DNA of 64,000 nucleotides, from positions 160,001 to 224,000 of the forward strand of contig CAWEPK010000012.1 in assembly GCA_963810935.1 (NCBI GenBank), in the 5' to 3' direction. Positions 1 to 13,021 of the stretch are shown one piece after another (position 1 is the stretch's first letter; the number at the start of each line of letters is the position of its first letter). This DNA is from an uncultured delta proteobacterium. Lineage in GTDB: Bacteria > Desulfobacterota > Syntrophorhabdia > Syntrophorhabdales > WCHB1-27. The notes beneath the pieces were generated by a model. It saw only the letters and a program-made list of their open reading frames with translations. It had not been told where the DNA came from and ran no database searches. The position numbers and the translations under genes are program-made.

Positions 1-21
1 AACAATACTTAAACAAAGCTC

Positions 22-441
22 ATGGATACGAACGGCGCACAGGCAGTACTATGGCCACTGGCCGCCTATGCGGCGGCGGTCGTGCTGCTCGCCGCCTTTA
101 TGGTCGTCTCGTCGTATCTTCTCGGCCAGCGCCACATGGACGCGCAGACGGGTGAGCCGTACGAGTCGGGCATCAGGCCCACAGGCACGGCCTGGATCCA
201 TTTCGACGTTAAGTATTACCTGATCGCCATGTTCTTTGTGGTCTTCGACGTCGAGAGCGTCTTCATTTACGCGTGGGCCGTCGAGCTGCGCGAGGCCGGC
301 TGGCCGGGGTTTACCGCGATGTCCGTTTTCGTGGGGCTGCTCCTTGCCGCCCTCGCCTACCTGTGGCGTATGGGCGCTCTCGACTGGGCCGTTTACGGAA
401 AACGCGAAAGGCAGGCGGCCGTGGGAACAAGGCACATATGA
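22..441 (+). CDS. nuoA: NADH-quinone oxidoreductase subunit A
   Basis: Three hydrophobic segments; PYESG and FVVFDVE motifs; first gene of the nuo order. Confidence 0.95.
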   Translation: MDTNGAQAVLWPLAAYAAAVVLLAAFMVVSSYLLGQRHMDAQTGEPYESGIRPTGTAWIHFDVKYYLIAMFFVVFDVESVFIYAWAVELREAGWPGFTAMSVFVGLLLAALAYLWRMGALDWAVYGKRERQAAVGTRHI

Positions 442-453
442 AGGAGGTCCTGG

Positions 454-1059
454 GTGGATGTAAAGAAGAATATGCCCCCTGTAGACAGCGGGGCCGCCCC
501 AGGCGTCCTCCTCTCGCGGCTCTCCGACCTCGTCGCATGGGGTCGTAAGAACTCGCTCTGGCCCCTCAACTTCGGCTCGTCCTGCTGCTACATAGAGATG
601 GCGGCCGGCGTCACGCCCAGGCACGACATCGCCCGCTTCGGCGCCGAGGTGCTGCGTGGCAGCCCGCGCGAGGCGGACGTCCTCATCGTCGCAGGCACGG
701 TCTTCAAAAAGATCGCACCCGTCATACAACGCCTTTACGAGCAGATGATGGAGCCCCGCTGGGTCATCTCGATGGGCGCCTGCGCAAACTCCGGCGGCAT
801 GTACGACATCTACAGCGTAGTGCAGGGGGTGGACAGCTTCCTGCCCGTCGACGTCTACGTGCCCGGATGCCCGCCCCGGCCGGAAGCGCTCATGGAAGGG
901 CTGCTCATGCTCCGCGAGGTCGTGCAGGGCGAGAAGCGGCCCCTTAGCTGGGTCGCAGGCGCACAAGGCGTCTCAAAGGCGGAGATGCCTTCCAGAAGGG
1001 AGATGACGCGGGCGGCGCGCAGGGCGCAAGGCCGTTTACGCCCGCCCGACGAGATATGA
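454..1059 (+). CDS. nuoB: NADH-quinone oxidoreductase subunit B
   Basis: [15 protein letters not shown] and PGCPPRPE N2-cluster motifs. Confidence 0.97.
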   Translation: MDVKKNMPPVDSGAAPGVLLSRLSDLVAWGRKNSLWPLNFGSSCCYIEMAAGVTPRHDIARFGAEVLRGSPREADVLIVAGTVFKKIAPVIQRLYEQMMEPRWVISMGACANSGGMYDIYSVVQGVDSFLPVDVYVPGCPPRPEALMEGLLMLREVVQGEKRPLSWVAGAQGVSKAEMPSRREMTRAARRAQGRLRPPDEI

Positions 1060-2810
1060 ACGCGACCGCCGCCGACCCCGTCATAACAGAGCCTGGAAGG
1101 CCGCTTCGGGAAAGGCGCCCTTACCCCCCAGGCGACGAAGGACGGGCTTCCAACTCTCTGGGCGCCTGTCGCGTCTGCGGGCGACGTGCTCGCTTACCTG
1201 AAGAACGAGGCGGACCCGCCATACCGTATGCTCTGCGACCTGACCGCAATCGACGAGCGGACCAGGACGCACAAGCCCGGCCCGCCGGAGAGTGATTTCA
1301 CCGTCGTCTACCATCTCATGTCTTTCGGCCGCAACGCGGACGTCCGCATAAAGACCGGCCTTCGCGCAGGCGGTCTCTCGGTCCCGAGCGCCGTGAGCCT
1401 CTTCCCGAACGCAGGCTGGTACGAGCGCGAGGCGTTCGACATGTTCGGCATCGCATTTACGGGCCACCCGGACCTCCGGCGCATCCTGATGCCCCCGACC
1501 TGGGAGGGCCACCCCTTGCGCAAAGACCACCCCGCCAGGGCGACGGAGATGGGTCCCTTCGAGCTGCCCGAAGAGAAGGCGGACGCGGAACAGGAGGCCC
1601 TGCGGCTGCGTCCCGAGTCGTTCGGCATCACCCGCAGCAGGCGCGACACGGATTACATGTTCCTCAACTTCGGCCCGCACCATCCGGGCACGCACGGCAT
1701 CTTCCGCGTCATGCTCGAGCTGGACGGGGAGGAGATCGTCGGCGCTACGCCGGACATCGGCTACCACCACAGGGGCGCGGAAAAGATGGGCGAGCGCCAG
1801 TCCTGGCATACCTTTATCCCCTACACGGACCGCATTGACTACCTGGCGGGCGTAGCGAACGAGCTGCCCTACGTCCTCGCAGTCGAGCGCCTGGCAGGCA
1901 TCGAGGCGCCGGAGCGGGCGCAGGTGATAAGGGTCATGATGACAGAGCTTTTCCGCATCGCGAGCCATATCGTCTGGTACGGCACGTTCGCGCAGGACCT
2001 TGGCGCCCTTTCCCCTGTTTTCTACACGTTCGACGACAGGGAGGCGGTCTTCCGCGTGATAGAGGCGATTGCCGGCTATCGGATGCACCCCATCTGGTTC
2101 CGCATCGGCGGCGTGGCAGCCGACCTGCCGAAGGGATGGGACGGCCTCGTGCGCGACTTCCTCGCGTACATGCCGAAGCGGCTCAAGGAGTACGACACGA
2201 TTGTCATGAGGAACCGCATCGTCAAGGCGCGCACCATCGGCGTCGGCGCGATGACCCTGGACGATGCGGTCGAATGGGGCTACACCGGCCCGAATTTGCG
2301 GGCGTGCGGCATGGAGTGGGACTTCCGGAAGAAACGGCCCTACTCCGGCTACGAGCGGTTCACTTTTGACATACCCACGCGCAGCCGTGGCGACTGTTAC
2401 GACAGGGCCGCCGTCCGCGTGGAGGAGATGCGCCAGAGCCTGCGCATCATCGAACAGTGCCTCGAAAACATGCCGGGCGGGCCGTACAAGGCAGGCGAGA
2501 CGCGGGCCGTGCCGCCGCTGAAAGAGCGCACCATGCGCGACATAGAGACGCTCATCCACCATTTCCTGGAGGTAAGCTGGGGGCCGGTAGTTCCGCCGGG
2601 CGAGGCCACGGCAGGCACGGAGGGGCCGAAGGGCTACAGCAGCTACTACCTCGTGAGCGACGGCGAAACAGGCTCGTACAGGACGCGCATCAGGACGCCG
2701 TCGTTCGCCCATCTGCAAGCTGTTCCCTTCTTTGCCGGGGCGCTATGATTTCCGACTTGGTGGCGATACTGGGAAGCCTCGATTTTGTAATGGGAGACTG
2801 CGACCGCTGA
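1056..2810 (+). CDS. nuoCD: NADH-quinone oxidoreductase fused subunit C/D (apparent frameshifts near 1092 and 2735)
   Basis: NuoC motifs ([18 protein letters not shown]) in frame with NuoD motifs ([25 protein letters not shown]); C-terminus [13 protein letters not shown] lies in another frame ending at 2810. Confidence 0.93.
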
Positions 2811-2811
2811 C

Positions 2812-3276
2812 ATGCTGAGCGATGACGAGATAAAAACAATCGAGGAAGCCGTCCGCATCTATCCCCATCGCCGGGCGGGGTGCGTTGAGGCGATGAAAGC
2901 AGTGCAGGAGAAACGCGGCTGGGTGCCGGACGAGGAGATCGCCGAGATCGCCGGTTTGCTGGGCATGACTGCGGACGAGCTCGATGCTGTGGCCACGTTC
3001 TATCCCTTCATTTTCAGAAAGCCGGTCGGCAGGCACGTCGTCTGCGTCTGCGACAGCATCGCCTGTTGGGTCATGGGACACGAGGCCGTGCTGGAGGCGC
3101 TCAAAAAACATCTGGGCGTGGACTTAGGCGGCACCACGGGAGACGGCCGGTTTACCCTGTTGCCGATCTCCTGCATCGGCGCATGCGACCGGGCGCCCGC
3201 CATCATGGTGGACGCCGACCTCCACGGGCCTGTCGCGCCGGACGGACTCGCGGACATACTGGGCAGGTACACATGA
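2812..3276 (+). CDS. nuoE: NADH-quinone oxidoreductase subunit E
   Basis: VATFY motif; CDSIAC...CIGAC 2Fe-2S ligands. Confidence 0.95.
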   Translation: MLSDDEIKTIEEAVRIYPHRRAGCVEAMKAVQEKRGWVPDEEIAEIAGLLGMTADELDAVATFYPFIFRKPVGRHVVCVCDSIACWVMGHEAVLEALKKHLGVDLGGTTGDGRFTLLPISCIGACDRAPAIMVDADLHGPVAPDGLADILGRYT

Positions 3277-4576
3277 GGGGCAGCACGGAGAAGCCGCTCA
3301 CAGGCGCAATGCGGCCGGACGGAAAGGCCCTGAGCCTCGCAGAATACGAAAAAACGGGCGGCTACGAAGCCCTCAAAAAAGTCCTGCGGCAAATGACGCC
3401 GAAAGAGGTGCAGGAAATCGTCAAGGCGGCCAACCTGCGCGGCCGTGGCGGCGCGGGGTTCCCGACAGGCGTAAAATGGGGATTCACGCCTATAGGCGAG
3501 GGGGCGCCGCGTCCCGAAGTTCCTCATCTCCAACTCGGACGAGATGGAGCCGGGGGCCTTCAAGGACCGCGTGCTTATGGAAGGCAACCCCCACCAGTTG
3601 ATCGAGGGGATGATCATAGCCGCTTACGCAATAGAGGCGGAGAACCGCCTACGTCTTCTTGCGATGGGGCTACGGCGCATCCGGCCGCCGGATCGCGGCA
3701 GCCATAAGGGAGGCATACGAGGCGGGCTACCTCGGCCCGTCCGTCGCAGGGTCGCGCTACGCGCTCGAAATGCACGTCCACGTGAGCGCAGGCCGCTATA
3801 TCTGCGGAGAAGAGACGGCTTTGCTCAACGCCCTCGAAGGGAAGCGGGCTATCCCAAGGGCCAAGCCCCCCTTCCCCGGCACTAACGGCCTGTGGGGGAA
3901 GCCGACCGTAGTCAACAACGCGGAGACCCTCGCGAATGTCCCCCATATCGTGAGGCACGGTCCGGAGTGGTACAAGGGCCTGAGTCTGTCGGACGACGGA
4001 GGCACGAAGGTCTACGCGGTGTCCGGGCGCGTGAAAAGGCCGGGCTGGTGGGAGCTGCCGATGGGGACGACGATACGGGAGCTTCTCGAAGAGCACGCGG
4101 GGGGCATGGTCGAAGGATACGCCGCGAAGGGCGTTATCCCCGGCGGCGGCTCGACGGAGTTCGTCCTGCCCGACCTTTTCGATACGCCCATGACTTTCGA
4201 CGTCATGGAAAAACAGGCGGGCAGCCGCATGGGGACGGGCACAATGATCGTCCTGGACGATGCGACCTGCCCAATCGGCATGGTCCGCAACCTCGAGGAG
4301 TTTTTTGCCCGCGAGTCGTGCGGCTGGTGCACCCCCTGCCGTGACGGCCTGCCCTGGATCGCCCGCATCCTGGGAGACATCGAGGAAGGCAGAGGGCGGC
4401 CCGAAGACCTGGAGGTCCTGGCCGACCACGCGTTGTCGCTCAGGATGGGCCGCACCTATTGTGCCCTCGCGCCGGGCGCGATAGAGCCGCTGGCGAGCGC
4501 GTTGAAGCTTTTCAAAGCAGAGTTCATCCGTCACATCGAAGAGAAAAGGTGCCCGTACAGGCATCGGGGCACATAG
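3273..4576 (+). CDS. nuoF: NADH-quinone oxidoreductase subunit F (apparent frameshifts near 3520 and 3645)
   Basis: [27 protein letters not shown] and [12 protein letters not shown] motifs spread over three frames. Confidence 0.93.
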
Positions 4577-4578
4577 CT

Positions 4579-7300
4579 ATGGCGACGATTTATATAGATA
4601 AAAAACCATACGAGGCAAAGGCGGGCGAGAACCTCCTGAAGACGTGCCTCGGCCTCGGGCTCGACCTGCCTTATTTCTGCTGGCACCCTGCCCTGCACTC
4701 CGTAGGCGCATGCCGCCAGTGCGCAGTGAAGCAGTTCAAGGACGAGCACGACACGGCGGGCCGCATCGTCATGGCCTGCCTTACGCCGGTCGAAAACGGG
4801 ATGCATATCTCCATCGACGACCCGGAGGCGAAGCGCTTCCGGCAAGGCGTCATCGAGTGGCTGATGACGAACCACCCCCACGACTGCCCGGTATGCGACG
4901 AAGGCGGCGAATGCCACCTCCAGGACATGACTGTGATGACGGGCCATTCGTACCGCAGGTATCGCGGCAAGAAGCGCACGTTCCCACACCAGGACCTCGG
5001 GCCGCTCCTCACGCACGAGATGAACAGGTGCATCGCGTGCTACAGGTGCACGCGGTTTTACAACGATTACGCGGGAGGCCGCGATTTCGGCGCTTTCGCG
5101 TCGCGCAACCGCGTCTTCTTCGGCCGCGCCGCTGCCGGCACCCTCGAAAGCCCCTTCGCCGGGAACCTCGCCGAGGTCTGCCCGACGGGTGTCTTTGACG
5201 ATAAGACTTTCTCGCGCCATTATACGCGCAAGTGGGACTTGCGCACTGCCCCGTCCGTCTGCGTCCACTGCGGCCTCGGGTGCAATACGATCCCAGGAGA
5301 GCGACTACGGCAGCCTGCGGCGTATTCGCAACAGGTACAACGGGTCGGTAAACGGCTATTTCCTCTGCGACAGGGGAAGGTACGGCTATGCGTTCGTCAA
5401 CGGCGAAAGGCGCATCCGCGAGCCGCGCCTGAGGCGCGAGAAAGCGCTGGGCCTCCATCCGGTATCCGCCGAAGAGGCGGTTTCCGCTGTCGCCGGGATA
5501 TTGGCGTCGGCCGGGCGCGTAGTCGGCATCGGCTCTCCGAGGGCTTCATTGGAGGCTAACTTCGCCCTCCGTACGCTTGTCGGCCCTGACGCCTTTTATG
5601 CAGGCGTCGCGGAAGACGAATGGAAATGCCTATCCCTGGCCGCAGAGTCGATGCAGCGGGAGGGCGCGCTCGCCCCGAGCCTTTCCGATATCGCCCGATG
5701 CGACGCGGTGCTCATTCTCGGCGAGGACATTTCGAATACTGCACCCATGCTCCATTTGCAGGTCTTGCAGTCGCAGCGCGTTTCGGCAATCGAAACCGCC
5801 GCAAAATTCCATATACACGAATGGGACGACACGGCAGTGCGCGTTGCGGCGGGCGGCGCGCGCAGTCCCCTCTTTATCGCAACGACGGGCGCGACTGACC
5901 TGGACGGCCGTGCGACTGCCACCTTCCGCTCGGCCCCGGCAGGCCTCGCCCGCACGGGCATGCACGCAGCGCACCTGATCGACGAAAGCGCACCGCCTGT
6001 TCCCGACCTTGGGGCTTCGGCCTCCCGCTTCGCCTCAGATGCGGCCTCGGCGCTCATCGCGGCCAAACGGCCTGTCATTATTACGGGGCCCGGCAGCCGG
6101 GACACACGCGTTATGGAGGCGGCTGCGAACATCGTATGCGCCCTGCGCAGGGCAGGCAAAGAAGCCTATTTCTGCCTTGCCGGCCACGAATGCAACAGCG
6201 CGGGCCTCGCCCTTATGGCGGACAAGGGCCTCGACCGGGCCGTAGCCGATGCGGAAGGCAGGGACGACGCAGTCGCCGTTATCCTGGAGAATGACTTATA
6301 CAGGCGCATGGACGCAGCCAGCCTCGAGCGTTTCTTCGGCGCGTTTCGCCATGTGATAGCGATCGACCATACCTTCCACCGGACGCTCCTTCGCGCAGAC
6401 GCGGCCCTTCCTGCGGCCACCTTTGCCGAAGGCAACGGGACGTTCGTCAACAATGAAGGCAGGGCGCAGCGCGCATTTCAGGTATTCCCTGCGCAAGGCG
6501 ACGTGCGGGAAAGCCGGCGATGGATTAAGGACGTCATGGACCGCATGGGGCGGCCGGAATCCGCTCGCTGGACTGGCCTAGACGGCCTTCTCGCGCATAT
6601 GGCCGAGGCGCTGCCGATCCTTGCCCCGGCGCTTCTTGCGGCCCCGTCCGCTTCCCTCCGCATAGCAGGCATGAAGGTCGCCCGCGAGGCGTCGCGATAC
6701 AGCGGAAGGACGGCGATGGACGCAGACAGGGCAATCCACGAGCCAAAGCCGTCTTCCGATAGCGATGCGCCTTTCACGTTTTCGATGGAAGGCTATCAGG
6801 GCGCGCCTCCGTCCGCCCTCATTCCGCGCTTCCGCGCGCCGGGCTGGAACTCTGCCCAGGCAGTCAGCAAATTCCAGCAGGAGATCGGCGGCCCCTTAGC
6901 CGGAGGCGACCCCGGCGTCCGACTGTTCGACGCGTCCGGGCCGGACGGCAACACACGTTATGTGACAGACGTGCCGGAACCCTTCGTCCCCAAAGACGGC
7001 CTCTTTCTCGTCGCGCCCTTCTATCACGTATTCGGCTCGGACGAGATGTCCCTCATGACGCCGGAGGTCAGGGAGCTGGCCCCGACGCCGTATGTAGCCC
7101 TTTGCGGGAAAGACATGGCGCGCCTGCACCTATCGAACAATGATGCGGCCGTGCTGACCGTCGGCGGTTCTTCTTTCAGGCTGGCAGTGAGAATGCACCC
7201 GGAGCTGCCGCCCGGCGTCGCCGCCGTTGCCCACGGCCTGCCGGACGCCCCGGTGATCGAATTTCCCGCCTGGGCGGAAGTGAAGAAGGCAGCGCCATGA
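4579..7300 (+). CDS. nuoG: NADH-quinone oxidoreductase subunit G (apparent frameshift near 5300)
   Basis: [36 protein letters not shown] and CVHCGLGC...LCDRGR motifs. Confidence 0.93.
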
Positions 7301-8253
7301 TACAGGTCGTCATTCACCTCGTCATCGTCATCGCAGTGATAGCCGTCGTGCTCGGCATCGCCGCAAACCTCATCTGGCTGGAACGCAGGCTCCTCGGCCT
7401 CTTCCAGGACCGATACGGGCCGAACAGGGTCGGCCCCTTCGGGCTCATGCAGCCCATCGCGGACATGGTCAAGATCTTCTTCAAGGAAGACTGGATACCA
7501 CCGTTCGCTGACAAGCCCGTCTTCGTCATCGCCCCTGCCGCAATCATCGTAACCGTGCTGATGGGCTTCGCCGTGGTCCCCTTCGCGCCGGGTATCGTGG
7601 CTGTCAGGCTCAACGTGGGCCTGCTTTTCTTCCTCGCCTTTTCATCACTCGGCGTTTACAGCATAGCCCTGGCCGGCTGGTCGTCCGGCAGCAAGTACGC
7701 GCTGCTCGGGGCCTTGCGGGGTGTCGCCCAGATGCTCAGCTATGAAGTTTTCATGGGGCTGTCGCTCGTCGGCGTAGTGATGATCGCAGGCTCCTTCGAC
7801 CTTTCCGCAATCGTGGATGCGCAACGGCGCGTCTGGTTCGTCATCCCCCAGATCGTAGGTTTCATGGCCTTCCTGATAGGCGGCGTGGCAGAGACGCGGC
7901 GCCTGCCCTTCGACCTGCCGGAGGCGGAGGCGGAGCTTGTCGCAGGGTATCACACGGAATATTCCTCCCTCAAATTCGGCATGTTCTTTGTCGGCGAATA
8001 TATGGGCGTCACTCTGGTGAGCGCGTTCATTACGCTCCTTTTCTTCGGCGGATGGCACGGTCCTTTCCTGCCCGGCATCGTCTGGTTTTTCATAAAGACC
8101 TTCGCCTTCGTCTGCCTTTTCATTTTGATGCGGGCGGCCCTTGCGCGGCCCCGCTACGACAGGCTAATGGCGTTCGCATGGAAGGTCCTTTTGCCCGTAT
8201 CGCTCGCCAACCTGCTGGCTACGGCGGCGATAACGCTCGCGTTTTTCCGGTGA
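7297..8253 (+). CDS. nuoH: NADH-quinone oxidoreductase subunit H
   Basis: QDRYGPNRVGP and PFDLPEAEAELVAGYHTEYS motifs. Confidence 0.97.
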   Translation: MIQVVIHLVIVIAVIAVVLGIAANLIWLERRLLGLFQDRYGPNRVGPFGLMQPIADMVKIFFKEDWIPPFADKPVFVIAPAAIIVTVLMGFAVVPFAPGIVAVRLNVGLLFFLAFSSLGVYSIALAGWSSGSKYALLGALRGVAQMLSYEVFMGLSLVGVVMIAGSFDLSAIVDAQRRVWFVIPQIVGFMAFLIGGVAETRRLPFDLPEAEAELVAGYHTEYSSLKFGMFFVGEYMGVTLVSAFITLLFFGGWHGPFLPGIVWFFIKTFAFVCLFILMRAALARPRYDRLMAFAWKVLLPVSLANLLATAAITLAFFR

Positions 8254-8259
8254 TGGCGC

Positions 8260-8775
8260 ATGTGGAGCATAATTAAAACCCTGTTCGCGGTCTTCCTTCA
8301 CGCCTTTCACAGGCGCTCGACCGTGCAATACCCGGAGGTCAAGCCGCGTCTGCCTGCGCGCTGGCGCGGGAGGATCGTCCTTACCCGCGACCCGTCGGGG
8401 GACGAGCGGTGCGTCGCCTGCTACCTCTGCGCGGCGGCCTGCCCCGTGGACTGCATAGCCTTACAGGCAGCCGAAAGGGAAGACGGGCGGCGCTATCCGG
8501 CATTCTTCCGCATCAATTTTTCACGGTGCATCTTCTGCGGGTTCTGCGAGGAGGCCTGCCCGACGTATGCCATCCAGCTCACGCCTGATTTCGAGATGGG
8601 CGAATGGCGCAGGCAGGACCTCGTTTACGAAAAAGAAGACCTTTTGATCGACGGGCCGGGCAAGTACCACGAATACGATTTCTACAAGGTGGCGGGCGTT
8701 TCGATCCGCGGCAAGGTGGCCGGAGAGGGCACAGAAGACGAGCCGCCCTCCGACATAAAGGACCTCTTGCCATGA
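8260..8775 (+). CDS. nuoI: NADH-quinone oxidoreductase subunit I
   Basis: Two CxxCxxCxxxCP ferredoxin motifs; operon position. Confidence 0.96.
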   Translation: MWSIIKTLFAVFLHAFHRRSTVQYPEVKPRLPARWRGRIVLTRDPSGDERCVACYLCAAACPVDCIALQAAEREDGRRYPAFFRINFSRCIFCGFCEEACPTYAIQLTPDFEMGEWRRQDLVYEKEDLLIDGPGKYHEYDFYKVAGVSIRGKVAGEGTEDEPPSDIKDLLP

Positions 8776-8790
8776 GGGGGAGCAGATAGA

Positions 8791-9308
8791 GTGGGCAATT
8801 ACGCGTTTTATATCCCGGCGGCAGTCGCGATAGCCGCTACCTTCATGGTAGTGACGAGCGGCAACGCGATCCATGCGTTGCTTTACCTCGTAGTATCGCT
8901 GCTTGCCGCGGCGGTCGTGCTTCTCGTCGCGGGCGCGCCCTTCGCCGCGGCCCTCGAAGTGATTATTTACGCAGGGGCGATCATGGTGCTCTTCATCTTC
9001 GTCATCATGATACTGGGCAGGGGGCCGCGGAAGCTGCGCACAGGGCCGCCCCCGGCAGCCTGGATCGGCCCCGGCATCCTGGCCGCCATCCTCGCAGCAG
9101 AGCTTGCGTACCTCGAAGCTAAAGGCGGCGCGGCAATGGGCGGGGCCGGGGTTGCACCGGCAGCGGTGGGCGCGTCTTTGATGGGAACGTACCTTCTCGG
9201 CGTCGAACTTGCCTCGGTGCTCCTTCTTGTCGGCCTTATAGGCGCGTTCCATCTGGGATACCGCCTCGGGTTAGAGGAGACACCGCGGATGACGGAGGCG
9301 GGCCATGA
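8791..9308 (+). CDS. nuoJ: NADH-quinone oxidoreductase subunit J (3' end uncertain; the ORF reads on to 9585, probably through an indel)
   Basis: EVIIYAGAIMVLFIFVIM and ELASVLLLVGLIGA motifs. Confidence 0.88.
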
Positions 9309-9628
9309 GCGTTGCCGGACCTCTGAATGTCCCCTTCGAGCACGCGATGATGTTTGCGGGCATACTTCTCATTCTCGGTCTCGCGGGGATCATCGTGCGG
9401 AGGGACACGATCTTTATCCTGCTTTCGCTCGAAGTCATGCTCAATGCGGCGGGCCTTGCCTTTGTGCTCGCTGCTGCGCGCTTCGCGAGCCCGGACGGCC
9501 AGGTGATGTTTATCTTCGTCCTTGCAGTCGCGGCTGCGGAGGTTTCCATAGGGCTTGCGCTCGTGCTCTGGCTTTATCACTATAAACGGACTGTCGATAT
9601 TGACAGGGCCCGCGACATGAGGGGATAG
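9305..9628 (+). CDS. nuoK: NADH-quinone oxidoreductase subunit K
   Basis: LEVMLNAA and VAAAEVSIGLA motifs. Confidence 0.95.
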   Translation: MSVAGPLNVPFEHAMMFAGILLILGLAGIIVRRDTIFILLSLEVMLNAAGLAFVLAAARFASPDGQVMFIFVLAVAAAEVSIGLALVLWLYHYKRTVDIDRARDMRG

Positions 9629-9629
9629 C

Positions 9630-11535
9630 GTGGCAGACCTTTTGTGGCTAATTCCGGCATTGCCGCTTGCAGGTTTCATGGTCCTGCTGTTTTTCGGCCG
9701 AAGGCTGACAGGACGCAGCCCGGCCGTGGTTGGCTGTTTGTCGGTCGGCCTCTCCATGGTCGCCGCCCTTGCGCTTGCGGCGGGGTTCATCAGCAGCGCC
9801 CCGCCCCGTCATGCAATCGCAAAAACGCTCTATACCTGGTTCAACGCAGGCGGGCTCATCACCTCGATCGGGTTTTACTTCGACGGCCTGTCGCTCATGA
9901 TGGTCGTCGTCATCACCGTCGTCGGCTTCCTCATCCATATATATTCTTCCGACTTCATGGCAGCCGATTCGAGCCTGCCGACTGCGGAAGATGGCCAGGG
10001 GTATGCCCGCTTCTTCGCCTACATGAACCTTTTCGTCGGCTCCATGCTCGTCCTCGTCCTCGCGGACAACCTGCTGTTGCTCTATCTCGGATGGGAAGGG
10101 AGTGGGCCTGTGCTCCTACCTTTTAATCGGCTTCTGGTACAAAGACCCCGCGAACGGGCGGGCGGCGGTCAAGGCATTCATGGTGACGCGCGTCGGCGAC
10201 GCATCCCTTGCAGTCGGCCTTTTCATCATCGCATGGAGCTTCAGCACCTTCGACATACAGGAGGCGGCCGCAAGGGCGGCTCACGCCTGGCCGCAAGGCT
10301 CCGCAATCGCTATTGCGGCGGCGGCATTGCTCCTGGGCGGCGCTATCGGCAAGTCCGCCCAGTTGCCGCTCCAGACGTGGCTCCCCGACGCGATGGCAGG
10401 CCCGACGCCCGTCTCCGCCCTGATCCATGCAGCCACGATGGTAACCGCAGGCGTCTATCTGATCGGCAGGACGCACGCTATTTTTGAGCTTGCCCCGCCC
10501 GTCCTTACAGCCGTCGCTGTCATAGGCGCGGCTACGCTTTTGATCGCGGGGGCGAGCGCCCTGGTCCAGCGCGACCTGAAGCGCATCCTCGCTTACTCGA
10601 CGATGAGCCAGATAGGCTATATGTTCTGCGCCCTCGGCGTGGGCGCGTGGTCTGCCGCTTTCTTCCACTTCATGACGCACGCATTTTTCAAGGCCCTTTT
10701 GTTCCTGTCGGCAGGGGTAGTCATAAAAGCGATGGATAACGAGCACGACATATTCAAAATGGGCGGACTCCGGTCACACTTACCCTCTGCATGGCGGGGC
10801 TTTCTCGTCGGTGCGGCGTCCCTTGCCGCGCTCCCGTACGTAACCGCGGGCTTCTACAGCAAGGACTTGATACTTTCCACCCTCCTCGCATCGAAGCAGG
10901 GCGGCATATGGCTCTGGGCCGCGGGGCTTCTCGGGGCGTTTCTGACGTCTATCTACGCCTTCCGCCCGGTCTTCGTCGTCTTCTTCGGAGAGGGACCGGG
11001 GCGCAAAACGGGGCGGGCAGGCCCGTTGATGGCTGCGCCCCTTTTCGTGCTGTCGATCTTTGCCATCGGGGCAGGGTGGCTCCTGCCGAACGGCTTTGCC
11101 GGGCCTTTCCTTTCCGGCCTCTTCGGCGCACTCCCCACGGGCGCGGCCGAAGAAAAAGGCGTGGGTCTTCTCGCTACGCTTGCGCCGCAGGTCGTTGTCG
11201 TCGCAGGCATCGTGCTTGCCGGGATGCTCTATCTCGCCCTGCCTCGGACAAGGAAGGCCCTCACCGGCAGCCCGGCGGGCGCGGCTGCCAACCGCTTCCT
11301 GTTTTCCGGCTGGGGCTTCGACAGGCTTTACGGCGTGCTTTTCGTCGCCCCTTTCATTTGGGCGGCGCGGATAAACAGGTCGGACATCATCGACCTGCCC
11401 TTCCGCGTCGTGGGCCTCATCGCTGAGTTCGCATCGCGCGGCCTCTCCCTTACCCAGTCGGGAAAGGTCCGCTGGTACGCCGCCGCAGTCGCCCTGGGCG
11501 GCGCGGTCTTTCTGGGACTGGCGGTGTTCCTGTGA
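9630..11535 (+). CDS. nuoL: NADH-quinone oxidoreductase subunit L (apparent frameshift near 10100)
   Basis: RFFAYMNLF, GWEG and GKSAQLPLQTWLPDAMAGPTPVSALIHAATMV motifs. Confidence 0.94.
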
Positions 11536-13021
11536 TCCTCGTCGCCATCATCTTCGTCCCCATTGCAGCGGGCCTTGCCGCCTGGCTCTCCGAGCGCATA
11601 AGCAGCCGGGCGCCCAGAGCGGTTTGCCTCTTCGGCTTCATAGTCGACTTCGCCCTCGTCGCATGGTTGTGGGCCGATGCCCCGCATGCGAGCGCCGCAG
11701 GCCCGTGGCTCGCGACGTTCCGGGCAGCGTGGCACCCCCTCCCTGCCGTGAGCTTCTACCTGGGGGCGGACGGGATCAGCCTCGTCCTCCTTGCCCTTAC
11801 GGCATTTCTGGGCTGCATCGCGACTGCCGCCTCGTGGAACGAGATAACCGAAAGGACAGGCTTCTTCCATTTATGCCTTTCGTGGACGGTCGCAGGCGTC
11901 GCTGCCGTTTTCTGCGCCCTCGATCTTTTCCTTTTCTATTTCGTCTGGGAGCTCGATGCTCGTGCCGATGTATTTCCTTATTGCCCTGTGGGGACACGAA
12001 GACCGCTTCCGGGCCGCAGTCAAATTCTTCATCTTCACGCAGGTGAGCGGCCTCCTCATGCTGGCAGCGATCTTCGGCCTCTATTTCAGCCACGCAAGCG
12101 CGGGCGGGACGCCGACCTTCGACTACCAGGCGCTTTTCGCAACGCCGCTCGCCCCATCCCTCGCGCTCCTTAATACAGGCAGGCTTCCTTTCAGCCTTTC
12201 TCGTGAAGCTCCCCGCCTTCCCGTTCCACACGTGGCTGCCCGACGCGCACACGCAGGCCCCGACGGCAGGCAGCGTCGTCCTCGCGGGCCTGCTTTTAAA
12301 AACAGGCGCGTACGGCATCATCCGATTTTCCGTGCCGCTGTTCGCCCAGGCAGGCGGGCAGCCGGCGTTCCTGCTCGCTGTGCTCGGCGTAGCAGGCATA
12401 CTATACGGCGCGCTCCTCGCTTTGGGGCAGACCGACATGAAGCGTCTCGTCGCCTACACGAGCGTAAGCCACATGGGGTTCGTACTTACGGGCATTGCCG
12501 TGGGGAACGAAATCGCCTTCCAGGGCGTGATGATACAGATCGTCTCCCACGGCCTCTCCACGGGCGCCTTGTTCGTCATGGCGGGCCTGCTCCAGGAGCG
12601 CCTGAAGACGCGCGACATGGAGCGCATGGGCGGCTTCTGGACAGACGCGCCGCGCATGGGCGGCATGGCGATGTTCTTTGCCCTTGCCTCGATGGGCCTG
12701 CCGGGCATCGGCAACTTCCTGGGCGAGTTCATGGTCGTCCTCGGCGCGTATAAAGTGAGCCCGGCCCTTGCCGCCGTGGCATCCGTCGGGTTCATATTCT
12801 CGACTGCCTATTCCCTGCGCCTCGTCCACCGGGTCTTCTTAGGCGAGCACAAGGAGGCGCAGCGGGTCTCCGACCTTTCGGCGCGCGAGACGGCCGTAAT
12901 GGTGCTCATGCTCCTTCCGCTTTTATGGCTCGGCCTCGCTCCGCAGGCGTTCATAGACAAAGTGAAAGTCGGAGGGACAGTGCAGACTGACGTTCGGCCG
13001 CCGCAGAAGGTGGCACGATGA
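11532..13021 (+). CDS. nuoM: NADH-quinone oxidoreductase subunit M (apparent frameshifts near 11955 and 12170-12200)
   Basis: FVWE, PFHTWLPDAHTQAPTAGS and KRLVAYTSVSHMG motifs. Confidence 0.93.

Noticed and set aside
1186..2810. NuoCD as a group 4 [NiFe]-hydrogenase large subunit
   Set aside because: It lacks the N- and C-terminal CxxC Ni ligands, has NuoD quinone-site motifs, and lies in a full nuo context.
8791..9585. Extended 264-aa NuoJ overlapping nuoK
   Set aside because: The extension is an out-of-frame read of nuoK, probably caused by an indel near the real stop.
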